DNA of 64,000 nt from Kudoa neothunni (GCA_964304625.1 OZ199839.1:8216560-8280559); one strand, 5' to 3'; counted from the first letter of the stretch, positions 25,755 through 40,517 are shown. Made by a program: numbers and translations. The notes: a model not told the origin generated them from the sequence alone.

Positions 25755-26739
25755 GATCTGATCACGCGACAGACCTGTTCGAACCAATTCACCTATGCGG
25801 CATAAATTGATCTTATCAATGTTTTGTTTAAAAATAAAAAATTTATAATCATCATGAAAAATGTTTTTACAATTATTTCTTCTTTAAAAAAATGAAATAC
25901 AAATTATAGGTTTATTTTTATTTATTTCAAACATTTTAATAGATTAAAACTATTGAATGAAATGAGTGTAATTTAAAAATTTGTATTTTTTTATGATTAA
26001 AGTATGAGAGAATAGCTAAATATTGCAATCATTCTCTTAGGCTGCGCGCGACATTTATATTCATTTACGGCATTGGCTATTGCTACCAGAGAAAATAGCT
26101 CCAAATCTACAAGTTCACATAAAATTCGAACTTCACATTTGTAATCAATGATTTTTGGCCTAAATTAATTAACCGTTTTGGAGAACATTTGAGCTATTGA
26201 AATTCCTAATATTGTGACTATAAATTCCGTGTTTTATGTTTTGTTTTGAGTAATGTCAAATAAGTATTTTAATTTGTACTAATAAAGATTTATTAAAATA
26301 AAAACCAGATACCAGACCTTGTATTTTATGTATAAAACGTCCAACCTATTACCTCTGATTGTACCTAATATATTTAATCTAGCTCAATTAATGTAATCTG
26401 TTAAAATATGCTTAACTATGTTTTTATAAAATGAGATAATTGTAATATATATATATATATATATATTTGATTTATAGATTATATTTATATGTATTATTAC
26501 ATATCTACAAAGTATATTAAGTTTTACTGCTATTCATGGAAAACGATTAGAGCATTCTATGTAGTGAATTCAGTAAATATATTTAAAGTAATGTTTAATT
26601 TTATAGTTAAAATCAATATAAAAGCTTACTGTTTGCATTTAAATAGAAGTGAGCCTAATTCTATCTTCTTAAATGTTATTTCTACAAATATAGATAAATT
26701 ATTAGTTTTAAAAACATAATAATTAAATAAAACATAAAT

Positions 26740-27950
26740 TTTACGGTAATGCGTTACCTGAAATTAATGTCCAATATAGAAGGAAACACGTTTTGTATTA
26801 ATGATTACAGTAACCTTTGTAGGAATCTAAGTTTTCATTGTTTCGTCATTTGTTCGATGGAATCCTCTCCTGGATTGAAAGCTGACTTATATAACTCATT
26901 TAAAAGTCATATTAATCGTTATGAACATCTCTTTTTCCAGCAAATTAAAAATGGTGGAATTGTGAGAAATACAAAATAACGTTTGTATTCTTTTCGATTC
27001 TCTATAAAAAAAATTTAAATGTAACAAAAATCGTCAACACATAGAGGTTACTACCTCTCTGGCATTACTTTTTGAGCTAGTAACGATATGAAAAATTTGT
27101 CATAATCACATTCTTAAATGAGATACATGATTATTTTTGTAATGCTTCGATATACAAATTTCTACCTCGTAAACAAAAAGTCGATTTTTCAGTTAATCAT
27201 ATTTTTGAATCAATATCATTTGGATTTAATAAAAAGCGTATACAAAAAATGTTATGCTGTGAAGCGAGTAAAAGTATCACAGTGAAATCCCTACACAATG
27301 TGAAAACAAGAGGAATAACCAACGTGGATGTATTTACGACTATCAGTATGTCAACTCACAATTTTAATTGTGATGTTAAACTAAAAAGAAGACAATAGTG
27401 TTGTTACTTGATTATTTTTTGTTGATCACCTAATGCGATTTACTCTTCAATTTTGTTGAATATTTGTGATAACGGAGGCAATAAATTAACTTTCGAACTC
27501 GCGTTGATTGTAAATTCAAATATTTTGGATAAATTCCACAATTTGTATTCTTATTAGTGCACCCTTGTGTTTAACTGCTACTGACGATCCTATTTGAGAA
27601 TTTCACCTAACTTATGCATGCATTTTGTTAAAAAAATTCAAACAGACATTAATGGCTTATTGGAACAAAGTTTAGAATGCTTCCCTATTTTGAATGAAAA
27701 ATTATATATCGTCGTTACTGTTGAGGACATAAATTAAAGGAATTATGGTGAGTTGTCCCTTCAAATACGTATTTTTTACCTGTAAACTTTGTGTAATACA
27801 AATATTTCCAAGAAAATTAGCACAAAATAATACGAAATAAAATCATTAAAATGTAAACCAACATTAGTTAGAGTTATCATTCCTATAGACAGTGAAAGCA
27901 AGCGGACGATCTAAAGAACCTAGGCTAACAATCATTGTTTTTTCTAGAAA
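26740..27950 (+). mobile_element. Highly degraded probable hAT transposase relic
   Basis: Residual coding-like composition with many stops. C-terminal PIDSESKRTI is reminiscent of the hAT dimerisation motif P.SA..ER.F. Confidence 0.3.
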
Positions 27951-28862
27951 AAAAATCTATGAAAAAATAATATACTATCTATTTAAAGTATTAACTGTTT
28001 TAAATTTTCAAATTATATAAATATGCCGCACATCTAAAATAAGTGAGCAGTTGCCACAAAATTAAAAAAGTTTCTTGGCGCACGCTCATACTAATAAGAC
28101 AAGGCACTTTCGTGTATTCGTTCGCGTTTTCACGAATTAAATATCATGCTTAAATTTTGGCATAAAACACGTACGAAATTTATTTTAACACTCTAATGAT
28201 CCCCAAAACAATGAACGTGTAATGGACTTTGGGGTAAATTTGATCCCAAGACTATTATATGATAAAATAAAAATTAAAACTTATACAATAATTTCTCGAA
28301 AAAATTTTGTCGTCAAACCAAAGACAAAATTCTATTAGAACAATAACTGAAATATATTAGGTATCGGTTTACTGTATAAAAAGATATACCATTAATAAAA
28401 TCGTTTTGGGGTAAAATATAAATTCCAGGTACGAATAAGCGAACGAAACCATATTCATAGGTTTCGTATGAGGAGGTTTAATTTTTGAGATATATCGAAA
28501 TTGTGACTCCGTAAATTTTATACTAATAATATACTAATCCTTAGAAAAAAACAACAACAAATATTTGATGCTATTTACATTACGAAATCGTATTCTTAAT
28601 AATTTTTCTCAATTTTAATTATACACCATATTCAAATCGATCTAGTTGATTCTAGAACATATAAATTTTCTATCATAACTTTTAAAAATCGTGAACGCGA
28701 TGAAAAATGTAATGTGTGATGTCGACAGACTTAAACGACAAAATAGTGCGATTTCCTATGAGTAGAAATTTCTAGTGCTTATTACTACATAATAAATGTT
28801 ACTGTTTAATAGAACTTTAATTATTATGAGCTTATATTTCAAAAAATGTTTGAATTATGGGT

Positions 28863-29240
28863 TTATTTTATTAAAAACCTCGAAAAATACAGCTTAACGA
28901 GAGTAAATATTAATATTAATGTAAATTTGAACTTGCAGTGAAATATATTCTGGTTGATGTGTTGACGATTGCTAACCTTAGAGTTATATCTGAATGATCT
29001 ATTGCATTTCATGCAAATATTAAAGTTGAGTTGGGAGATTTCGTCTTCATCTTTGGTCTTAATGATGGACATATCACACGAGAAAAGAGTACCATTATCT
29101 AAACTTTTTTTCATATCGTCAATATTCCAGAAGAACATCTCGAATAGAGGTTTAAAAATGCGAGTGTCGAGAATATTGAATATTCAAAATTTCAATACTA
29201 CGGAGGCATTCAAATTTCGGGGGATTAGCTAAAACAGCGT
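28863..29240 (-). mobile_element. BED-zinc-finger-like transposase fragment
   Basis: ICMKCNRSFRYNSKVSNRQH resembles BED CxxC...SN...H. Flanked by Helitron termini at 29250-29300. Confidence 0.35.
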
Positions 29241-30079
29241 GCATTTACATCTACTATATAAGCAAACTAGCGTTAATAGCCCAATGTAGCTCGGTTTCGA
29301 AAATACGCTAATCCATTCAATTAACCCATTTAAGTTTATACACATATTTTTTACATGTGCTGTAAAATAGAAAACTTTAAACATTATAATTAATTGTGAA
29401 AATATTAAGTCAGATTAAATAGAAGTTTTATAAACCATATATTATTCCAAAAAAAACAACTATATTAAGCGTACTATGCACTACTTTAGTTAAATGTCAT
29501 TTTTATTGTAGTTAAATTGAAAAGCTGATCATTTGGCTAATATAAAACTTAATGATAAAAATTTTAATGATAAAATGATTCCAACTCCTTTTAATGTAAA
29601 TAAATTGTCACCAAATAATTATATAAACTAAAAAATGTATTAATTAATTGAAATAGTTCTGTAAAAAGTTTATAATAGATATATAAATAATGATATAGAA
29701 AGTAATTTATTATTATTGAATGTGTGAAGCTTACTTAAATGGTTGAATCATATAATTTTGAAAACAAAACATTAATAAGAATGTTTTTACGACAAATAAT
29801 TAATTTAAAAGTTAATGGTGGAATAATAGAGTGAATTCTCATTGGTTTTTAGAAACTTAATGAAGATTTTGAAAGTGCCGATGATGTTGTATTCGGGATT
29901 TGGTAGCAAAATTAGAAGTTATAAAAATTTGCTGAATCCTTGCTTTAAAGATTCAACTATTTAATTATGAAAGATCGCTTAAGAATAGGTAAAAAATGAC
30001 ACTCAAAAGGTTGTTTTTAGATTCTTAATCCTAATCTAATACTTGATCTAGAATTCAATTACTTAAATTTTAATAAACA

Positions 30080-31300
30080 CCTACTAACGTAAATTCGTTA
30101 ACTTAAAAGGTTATCATATATTTTTGAGAAATTTTATTAAAATATTTGCTATAAACAAGGTACAGCTATAGTCAATGAAATCCCAAGTAATAGTTCGACC
30201 CTGTGAGTTCATACTAATATCCTCAACATGGTAATCAAAAAGCCCCTTTTTCAGGAAAAAGTATCTTGATATTCGATTGCTCAAACGACTAATTTCAAAA
30301 TTTCATATTGGCACGAACATGAACATGAACACGAACGGATCACGAAACAAATCAAAATTTAGCCAAAATGTTGTCACGAACGAAAGTGCATTGTCTGGTT
30401 TCCGGATGATCATGATTTTACTGTATTTGAAATTTTTAATAACCTATGACGTAATTCGACGAACATAATTACTTGAAGAGAGACCACGATTTTTTAATAT
30501 ATGTAAACAGTTATTCTATCATAAAGAAGGAAATCGTAATCTATCCCAGCAACCTTGCATCGAATAACTATTTTAAATCCTTATTTGATAGATTTCCTAG
30601 GAATATATTATTTCGAACAGCATCTACCTTTAATAAGATTATCTGTGTATCCACAAATAATTTCATTTCAGGAGGTTCTTAAAACAAGTTTCCCTTAAGT
30701 AGTCCGAGTATGCTATGATTTTCCATAATTATATCAAATTAGGGAGCAGTTTTTTTCTTTATGGAATAAAGAAATTTCAAAGTCAACTGTAATATTAAAC
30801 AGGCGAACGTGTTAGAAATTGGTTCCAATATAAATTTTTAGCTCACCATTATCGAATTTGAACCATTAATTTGACTGTCCGAAGTATTTTTGATTAAACA
30901 TCAAATCCATAAAAACGACTTTGATGAAGTGTTTGAAATAATTTATCGGATTAAAAAGTTTATTTATTTAAAAAAAGGTACTTTGAATTCTTAAAATTGA
31001 TAATATTTCGCTACGTTATTTTTACGACATTCAACATTAATTAGAATCATAAGTAGCACACAAAATTCGTCGATAGACTCATTATGGTGTTTAGAGTAGT
31101 CATTGCATCTTTCTAAAATAACATATTATTAGTTGTCTGAGAATTTCCTTATTTCAAACATATCAACACTGAGTATAATAAGTACTTCTTGATATATTTT
31201 CCACTTTTTTCAGAAATGTCCAAAATACATAATCCATTATTTCAAAGCGTGTGTGCCAAAAGATCCCATAGCGCATTTGAGTACGTTAGCTTTTATATTA
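30080..31300 (-). mobile_element. Degraded hAT/ZBED-like transposase relic
   Basis: Minus-strand SLAHTL (CxAHTL motif remnant) and a C-terminal AVP...LRS segment resembling the hAT dimerisation domain. Many stops. Confidence 0.35.
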
Positions 31301-31854
31301 CAACAACTATTTATTTTACATTATATTTTCACAAAAATTAATATTTGCTATGAAAATTGTGAAATATTATTTAAACTTGATTTCGATAGCAAATATATAT
31401 TGATTTCACGTATTCATTGTATGGATTAAAAGTTCGATATTCGCATGAAAATTAAAGAAAAATTGTTAATATTTTAAATACCAACATTTATTTTATATAT
31501 TACGTATGTTCCATTCAATATGTAGTCTAATATGGTGACTATGGTTATTGAAAGATGGCATTTTATTCAAGTACATTTAAATGCACACCTGATGTGAAAG
31601 GATTAAACTTCCAATACGCTTAATTTCTTTAATAATGTAATTTCTACAAAACTAATATTTCGTGTGTAGGAATTTGTTATTGGAGAGAAACGAATTATTC
31701 CTATCCACTTTTAATCCCTAATTCTATTTTGAACAGAAGTAGCTTGAATTCACCATAATGGAACTGATATTTTACAATTTAGTATAAAATTTATATCTTA
31801 ATATCTTTCTAATGATGAAAAATATTAATTAAATTAGAGTAATCCTTTTATTAA

Positions 31855-32020
31855 CCCTTTGAGGACAACCATAGGCTCCACGCACCAATTTTCTATTATA
31901 TTGTTAAGTTGGTTACATTTTAAGTACTTTGGTCGGAACTTTTGCCAATTTTATTAATAAAATTTATTTTAAAAATATTAGAAAGATGGGCTCGTGAAGC
32001 CCAAGGTTTTCGTCGGAGGG
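31855..32020. mobile_element. piggyBac-type MITE (166 bp)
   Basis: TTAA|CCCTTTGAGGACAACCATAGGC ... GCCCAAGGTTTTCGTCGGAGGG|TTTA: imperfect TIRs with a TTAA-like TSD. Confidence 0.6.
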
Positions 32021-32794
32021 TTTATGATATAAAACGTGATAATTGATAGTGGTTGTAAACTACTTAATATACCCTTTCAGGTTACTTTATATAGATTATT
32101 ATTGATTCATAATGAAGAAGATATTTCAAAAACAAATTAATGAATATTTGTAGATATTATACACTAGAGGGGAGGAATTAAATGATTAGGATTACACCGA
32201 ATACAAATAACGATATTTTCCGAATAATGAGAAATTAAACTTCACTAGTAATCTATCTGACACATCCATTCCATTTAGGAAAAAAAACAGATGCCGTATA
32301 ATTCTTTTACGGTATAATTAATATTTCCATGAAAGTTAAGTTTTTCTCAAAATGGATAATAATTAAGTAGATTTAACTAATGGTATGAATTGTTTTGGAT
32401 TAATTAGAATAATGTATTTATTTGATTATTTACTATTAAAATTGTTTTCCAATGGTCGATAATGAATGAATGGATTAATTAAATTTTTTTTTATTAAAAA
32501 CCACTAAGAAGGATATTATAGTATAATTATTTTGTGAATATTTGTGTGCCGACTTAATACAATCTAAAACCAGTTACAATATCTTATTTTATGAGTTAGA
32601 ATCAATAAATAGTCTATTTATTAATTAATTTCACTATCCTCTTCTAATAATTTATTTGGTAATGCCCATATTATATAAACCAATATAATGTGCATATATT
32701 AATGGTTAATCCTATTATGCTATCATTCAAGTTTTTTATCCGGAGAACTGCTTTGGTGTTCGTTCGGTTGTTAAATTTGTCACTTGCTTCGGAG

Positions 32795-33374
32795 ATGTGG
32801 TTATCGGCGTTATCAATATTTGCTTTGTTATTCTTGGACACTACTCGGTGTACACGCTTTGTTCATTGTCCGAGTAAGTGTATATATTAGTGGTTTATAT
32901 GAATTATTTATTGCCATATGTATGTCGATAAGTGATTGCTTTAACTTTCGAATAGAGGGAAATTCAAAAGCCGTTAAATTTCTGGACGTTGTGGGCTGTG
33001 AAAAACCAACACAATGTCTTATCCATGTTGACAAAGATGCCATAATGAATTTAGGCTTCTCGACAACTGGGAAGCATCGTTTGGTCACTACAGACATGTC
33101 TTTTCAGATTGGTCCCTATTGGAAATCTGTTCCTGGATATCCAAAACCTGCTTGTGTGGAAGGTGGTCTTCCTTGTCCACTGGTAGCAAACAGCAACTAT
33201 AATTTCACAATGAAAGCTCACATTAACCGTCACACTCCTCATTGGGTATTTTTTTGTTGCATGCAACTATTGTTTTAATCATTTTAGCGCTTGAATATCA
33301 AATTGGATTTAATTGATGCGCAAAGCACCAAGTCGATAGCATGTGCCATTTTTAATGTCAAAGTGGTTGGATGA
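32795..33374 (+). CDS. NPC2: NPC2-like ML-domain secreted lipid/sterol-binding protein; exons 32795-32873, 32956-33245, 33288-33374
   Basis: Signal peptide MWLSALSIFALLFL, six mature-domain Cys with ML spacing (FVHC, VVGCEKPTQC, PACVEGGLPCPL, IACAIFNVKV), and in-phase introns. Confidence 0.85.
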
Positions 33375-33550
33375 TTTCCTTCTATGTTAGTGTCTGCTGA
33401 ACTTGAACAAGATACATTTATTCATAAGATTTCGTTCGTTCGTTTTTTTTCTTAATTTATTTTTTTTCAACAAAGAAAAACATCTTAATTAGTAGGTACT
33501 CGCCTTTTTAAGTTGGGTGAGAAAATTTTTGAGAAAAATGAATCATTAAA

Positions 33551-34255
33551 CAGCGTTTCCCACCTGTGGGACGTGAAAAAATTTGGGTGGGCGTGGGAGT
33601 TTTTAAACGTTTAACGAACCACTCTGATGGGTCGCGGAAAATCCTGAGTATTAGTGTGACACAGATAATGGTAAGATAATCGGACATTATGACGTACTTT
33701 GAAGTTATTATCGTGATTTTAGATATTGCTTATTTTTAAGTGACGATTAACATCATAAAAATACAACAAGCAATGACTAATTCTATATAAATTAATATTT
33801 AATGTGTTATCTACCAAAATATAATCAAAATGGTTTGATTTTAATCTTGTCTCATTTAGAATCATATATCCCCTTTTTTTGATAAAACCTAATATAGTAT
33901 AGATTAATTTTGTATTCATATTATTCATTTCCGTTTGTTGGTCATGTATACACGAAAGTCTTTCATAATGAAGGTTGGATTACCACGAGTATATTTGGTT
34001 TTGACGGAATAGAGAACCAAAGATGTTAATTTTTAAAGTCCATCGATAAATTAAGTTAGATCTGATCAAATAAATTTTAATTTGAATGAGAAAATAAGTA
34101 TATAATAATTGCTTTCAAATTTTAATGTGGTAGGGACTTTGTTCAATGTTATAAACAGTTTAAGTCAAAAAATCAATACTTTTACCAAAGATGGGGTACC
34201 GAACATGTTTTCAGGAAAAAGTGTAGCGCGAAAGAAAAACAGGCGGTAAACACTG
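33551..34255. mobile_element. hAT non-autonomous element, type C
   Basis: Imperfect TIR CAGCGTTTCCCACCT...AGGCGGTAAACACTG with approximate 8-bp TSD cattaaac/cattgaac. Confidence 0.6.
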
Positions 34256-35196
34256 CATTGAACCATTTCGGTATTCTTTGAAAAAGCTTTAATCTGTTAC
34301 ACTGTTGGGAACCGGCCTTATTCTTTTGGGGATATGGTAAATTGAATAAATCCAGTTAAAACTTTTTAATATTTTTATTCCTCAATTATTGATGTTTGAA
34401 TTAAGCGTAGATTGTGAGTATGCAGGATTATACAGTCAAAATTATGTGAAATTATATAAAATTATGTATCGTGGTTACATATCGGTATAAAAATTGATTG
34501 TGAATTTATTAGTTAATTGTACAATTGTATATGTTATAATTTGACGAAAAGTTCTGCTATTGAATAAAAAATTTTTTTTAATTTGAGAGAAAATGATTAA
34601 ATAAAATAAAAGTCATGAGCCTACTAAGTCAACCTGCAAGACCATTTAGGCATACAAAACAAAACAGTATTAGGAACTTAAAACATAGAATGACAGTGCA
34701 AGTTTTGTTTTGCCTTATTAATAAAAATAAATAATGATTGTTATAGTTACTGAACAGCATTATAGGTTAAATCCATGGCTGAATTAATCAAATCAATAAA
34801 TTATAGAGTTTATGTTATAGTGGCTCTAGTGACCTTTTATAATATCAACCTATTTTTGATGAAAATATAGAGCTCTATTTTAAATTTCAAGAATCCATTA
34901 TGTAACTTAGTATGGTTGACAAAAAAGTCATCCCTACTTATAATTTATAACTATTTGTAAAATTCAAGAGTTTGAGTATTTTGCAACACTGAAAGATTGC
35001 TCTTTTATTTTAAGTCAATTTTTGGAATTGAGACGGGTTTATTTTAATTAGCATACCTAACCTTTTCATGTCTAAATTTTATTTTGTCGCAGAGATGATT
35101 TTACTTTGCAATATTTACAGTCTAACTCATTTCCCATCTTCTCTATATTGATCAATTCAACAAGAAAATTATCGATTTCTTTCCGGTTATTATCTA

Positions 35197-36334
35197 CTAG
35201 AGGGAACTGCCCAGCGTTGTTTGGGGAAGATTTCGTCTAGATACGCTTCTTAATTACATTCACAAAATATATTGAGGTTGTGAATTAACCCATAGAAGAA
35301 AAATAACAAAAAAATTTTAAGCATCATACATTAACGATTTGGATTGATAAAATTTAAATTATGATCATTTCTGTGAAGGAACGTATCAATCTCGGCGTTC
35401 ATTTAAAAATTTCATGGCCTGGCACCAACGCTAAATAATTTAAGGTTTGCGTCATTTTTTCTACATTCCCGAATTATTTAAATTACCTTAAAGTGTTGTC
35501 TAAAATGCTATTTTTTGGCCCGTGGAATTTTCAAAGCCGATTCTGGCCTGAATCGGAAAATTTTTGTCATGCTTTCAAAGATGTGGAAATAGAGGAGAAT
35601 TTACAATAATTGATTTTTAATGCTCAAATTATTATCCCTTGTCCCGGCATGAACATTAATGCACTGTTTCTCATAAACAATTTCATACCGAGTCAATATC
35701 AACATAAATAATTCAAATAATAAGATGAAGTAAAAGTACAACCATCTGAATTGAATTTAATCACAGAAAGTTAAACTTAGCGGGTGACTTCAATAAAATC
35801 TACAGATATGGTGCTTGTATTATACAGTTTCAATCTAACTGATTATAGAATTCCTTATCGAATCGATATTAATGATGCAAATATAAATTTCTTCCCGTAT
35901 TTTAAACCATTAATAGAACTTTTAAAATACACTTATCAAGTCATATACATCAAAGCTCCCAACGGAAGAAGTGTATATGCGCAAATCTCCAAATATACAC
36001 GCCAACATTATATAAAAAGTCAGATGATATCGCTTAATTTAAATTTGACAAAGTATTTAAGGGGGAAAGTTAACTTCAACCAACCGTTACCATGACATAA
36101 GCAGGTGTTAATCCTATTGCTGAACTCGAGTAATCCGATAAACAAACTTTGAATCGACAAAATCACTATTTTCTAAACACTTTTGGGGCATTTGGAAGTA
36201 TGAAGGCGACTTAAAAATTTGTTGAAACGTTGTGATTTCTAAAAAATTTCATAAATGTCCGTCTATAAGGAAAAATTTTTTGACGCACTTGCGCACTTCA
36301 TGACACGGACACACTTCAGCTTTATGTATTAGGA
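35197..36334 (-). mobile_element. Non-autonomous Helitron, family 1 copy 2
   Basis: A|CTAG plus CCCAGCGTTGTTTGGG hairpin. Collinear with 10817-11958. 5' end TCCTAATACATAAAG on the minus strand. Confidence 0.8.
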
Positions 36335-37405
36335 TAGATAGCAGATTTCAAGTTTTTCAGAAGACTTCGAATATTCCAGGAAAATGAATGTCGAAATCTT
36401 TTTAAAAATTCGACTAAAATCTAAAACTACGATCACTAGATATAACGATCTAAAAAGTCAAAATGTTCAATTTTTGTTCGTTAGCCATTATCAACAAATT
36501 TCGGGAATAAACGAAAATTAAATCAATTTCCTATTCGTAAGTATCGTAACCACGTAAAATTTGTACCCTTTCTTTATAATGCGTCGAAAATTCATTTTGT
36601 ATCTGATTTGTAACAAATTGCTTCATATGATGAAAATGATCATGTAGATCAATTTTTTTGTCCATGCGCACAAATTTGGGTGTCAACTTTTCGTTCTCGT
36701 AACTATTCTTCATTTAATAACATTTAAAGTTTTTAAGGAGTAAAATAGATTTCTATTCAATGTCTAAAAATATTTAAAGCTGAAATTAAAAAAAAATAGA
36801 ACAAATTTAGTTTTCGTATATATATATACTTTTTACTTAGAAATAAACATAATATACAATTGTAAATAATGAAAATTATGATTTATTATGTAATATACAA
36901 CAATAATTCCTGCATCTTGTTTCAAATATAGATATGAATATTTTTATACTATGACAAATTAATCTTAACAAAGATCAATTATAAAAATTATTAAGATTAT
37001 GCATAAAAATAAATCATATTGTTTAAAATGGTGCTATTTCAAAATTTTGAAAGCATACACTAATTTCATAATTCAAGAAAATTATTTTTAATTTTTTTTT
37101 ATATAAAAAAAATTAATGTAACATATTTAAACTATTTTAAAGAAAATATTCAAAATAGGGCTCAACAAAGATGCAATTATTTTCTTGTTCACATAGATTT
37201 TAAATGGACATTAGAGATGAAAGGGTTAAATCAATCAGCTTTAAAGATGTGGTATCAGAAAGTTCACAAATCATCGAAAACTGATACCGACGAAAGAATA
37301 AACTAAAATTTCACAATTAATTGTTGAGTACTATGAAGCAATGCACAAGACAATCTTTCAAAATCACAAAATGTGTGTAACTATAGAACGTAAAGTTGGA
37401 TCTAT

Positions 37406-39269
37406 TCACTCTAAAACTTCGAACAAAGTGTTCGGTACAACCACTAAATCACCCACTTTTCCAGTGGAAAATAATCTTTTGAAACGATTGATAGTCCATC
37501 TATTCGCACACACTGAAATTATCACAGTAGTATCGTGATGATTGGATTTCTCCTCACATTCCAACGGAAATTCTATGTCGACAATCACAGCGTCAAGCGC
37601 TATAAATTTGGGGAGGTCTTTGTTGATATTTCCTCGCAGTATTTTATATTCTGGAGAGTTTTCACTTTGCAAAGCACCACAATAGTTGTTTTTTATGTCC
37701 ATTTTGAATTTTCTTGTTTCACATGCTAAATGTTAGAATTATCATAAAGTTGTTCCTCAATCAACTAGAACTTGGTACATTGCACTAATCGGGGTGGATA
37801 ATAATAGGGTTGCATTGTGACTACTTCGGCCGATGACATTGAAGCTGGATATGAGATGGTGGGCAATACGTTATTGTGATTATGATCGTTGTTGTTATAG
37901 TTGTAATTGTAGTTTTTGTTTACATTCAAAGCAGTGGAGACTTGTGGCTCGTTGCTTGAAGAAGACGATGTTACTTGAGAAATTGGGCTAGACGTGCTTT
38001 GTTCTGAAGGGGGTGGGCTAGTGCCTTCCTTCTCGCTGGCACTACCAGCCTCACTAACTTCCTCATTATTATCAGTATCATTGGCATTACTAGCGTTGTT
38101 GTTATCGGTCACAGGGACATTATTAACGTCGTTGTTTTCAGTATCGCTGACTGCATTAACCTCGTTTTGACCATCAGTTTCGGTAGAATTATTAGTTTCG
38201 TTTTGATAATCCGTATCACTAGCATTATTAGCGTCCTCGACATTAGTATCATCAACAGTATTAGTGTTGCCATTAGTGTGGCCGCCTGAAGGGAATTCAT
38301 GCACGAATGAACCATCAGCTTCAGATGAAGTGGTTTGCGGACTGGTTTGGTTTAGCTCGCCCACTAAAAAATGGAATAAACTCTTGGATTACAACAAAAT
38401 AATGATAATAATGATACCTGTCGTGTCTAGGCCACTAATACTTTGATACTTTTTCCTGTTATTGCTGTGAGAGTGGGTTTTGAAGGGAAGATTAGGAATG
38501 AAATCACCTTTATAAATTATAAACTTATTTTTTAGAAAATTCTACTTAATGTATAATGGGGTTTATTATGATGGAGGGCTTTGGCAAATTTCTTTCTGAA
38601 TGAGATGGACGATCGTTTTTTTACAGACTCATTATGTGTTTGTTCCAAAGGAGCAGTTTCACTGCTCGAGTTTTTGGTACTGTTCCCCACTTGAAGAGAT
38701 ACATCGTGCGAGGAAGCATTGAACAGGTTGGTTATAATAAAACCATGCAACACGGTGGTAGAGTTTGAGGAGCCGTCGCCAGGAAGATTGAATGTGGAGG
38801 TTTCTGATGTAATATTTTCGTTGGGTTTGGTTGCATTTGCTAGTGATGAGGCGTTTGATTTTATATCCAAGGGCACACCTATACGTAGAAAATTTGTAAA
38901 AATATTTAATTTCACATTAATCAATCTCCAATTAAAACCAAAAACAATGAAACTTTTGCTCATTCAGTCACCTTGCTGAGGTGTATTTTTGTTGATATCA
39001 TTTTTTTTCTTTGGGCTCTCACATATTCCACATGTTATTGGACAATTGTAAGATAGGTAATCTTTATAGGATTCATCTGTGCATAGATTGGCTTTCTTCC
39101 ATAGCGCACATTCAGGGTATTTATCATAACATGGAATGTAATCCACTTTAGTTGAGTCTAAATTGCAGTAGTACACACACCCATTAGATTAAACAAACCT
39201 ACATCCCTGTTGGAAGATTAATACCAATATAAATATTGCCAAAGGTGGAAAAGTAAGGTTGGTTTTCAT
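37406..39269 (-). CDS. Secreted ShKT-domain protein with S/T/N/D-rich linker and C-terminal SEA-like domain (6 exons)
   Basis: Signal peptide MKTNLTFPPLAIFILVLIFQQG; ShK domain CYDKYPECALWKKANLCTDESYKDYLSYNCPITCGIC; low-complexity exons; last exon FKMDIKNNYCGALQSENSPEYKILRGNINKDL...GKVGDLVVVPNT resembles a SEA domain. Phase-1 introns. Confidence 0.8.
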
Positions 39270-40517
39270 TATTATTATTAATTTCAGTAGCTTCAAAACC
39301 AATGTGAGGAGATACTGCCAAGGTTACTTGATTCGAGTTTATCTTATCAATGAAACAATTAGCCTTTGGAATTATTCACACGTCCGGTCCCATCAGGTTC
39401 TAGCTACCCCACCCCTTTATTTGCTATTGAAAACTAGTCAATGAACGCCAAATGGGCATTGTTTTTTGGTAGATGTGGTAGGTTTGAACATAATTTAGTA
39501 ACGAAATTCGGACGATTAATAAATGTAGTTTTGGGAATTTTTATCATGACACAATGTAAAAAAATAAATACATTCTACTTACTTTTGAAGAACAATTAAT
39601 AAAAAGGATATTGAAAACTGATTGCTAATTGTGACTTGATCATTTGTTTATTTTGATGAATATTTAATACATTTTATAATGAAAACGGTCAAAATCCTTT
39701 TTATTTCAACTAAAACGTGCAAAAAATTTCTATCTATATTATATATCTACGAAGGTTGCTGAGCTTCTATTGTCTTGATAATATTATTATTATTATTATT
39801 ATTAAGTCTATTTGGCATATTTTTTGTTCTTTAATTGTGTTAATCTTGTTTAAATAATGTATAATGATTATTTTTGAATTTAGGTAAACACCAAATTGAA
39901 TAATTTTGTCTCAAGACATAAAATCAATGATAAGATTATAAATTACAATTTACTGCCTATATAAATGCCAATATTCATATTAATCGTATATTAACAAAAT
40001 TAATTCAAAATATTGTTGTTTTGATCCGTTAGAATGGGATTTACTGTGATCGTTAATCTTTCCTAATCTTATATCGAGATAAGAAATAAAATAAAATGGA
40101 TGGTTAATATTTTGATATAATAGAGTTTATCGCTACTAGATGTTAATTTATTACCACGTTATTTGTCAATTTTGCGTAGATATCAGCTAATTGGTGAAAT
40201 AACACAAGATTAATCAGATATCTTATTTAAAAATATATCAATATGCATTTCGTTTGTTTTGATCCGTAATCATTAAAAAACAAAGATATAAGAATGTTCT
40301 ATCTGTGTGTCTAGTGACAGTATTTTTGAGGCTCTCATTGACGTTATTTCATAGCTTATTTCTAATCCTACGAGTGATAAGCGATTCTTCTACAACGAGT
40401 AATCCGTGTGTTTTCCATTTGAGGGTCTTTTGAGTAAGTCTCTTATTCTTACATTTTGTCTTATTATAACCAGATACTCATTTATCTTTGGATTTTGAGT
40501 TATATGGTTGATTCACA

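Noticed and set aside
26445-26467. (AT)n microsatellite; also (ATT)n near 39783-39803
   Set aside because: Ordinary short repeats in an AT-rich genome.
35784-36095. 103-aa ORF inside Helitron copy 2
   Set aside because: Not kept open in copy 1 (about 11393-11706) and has no Rep or helicase motif.
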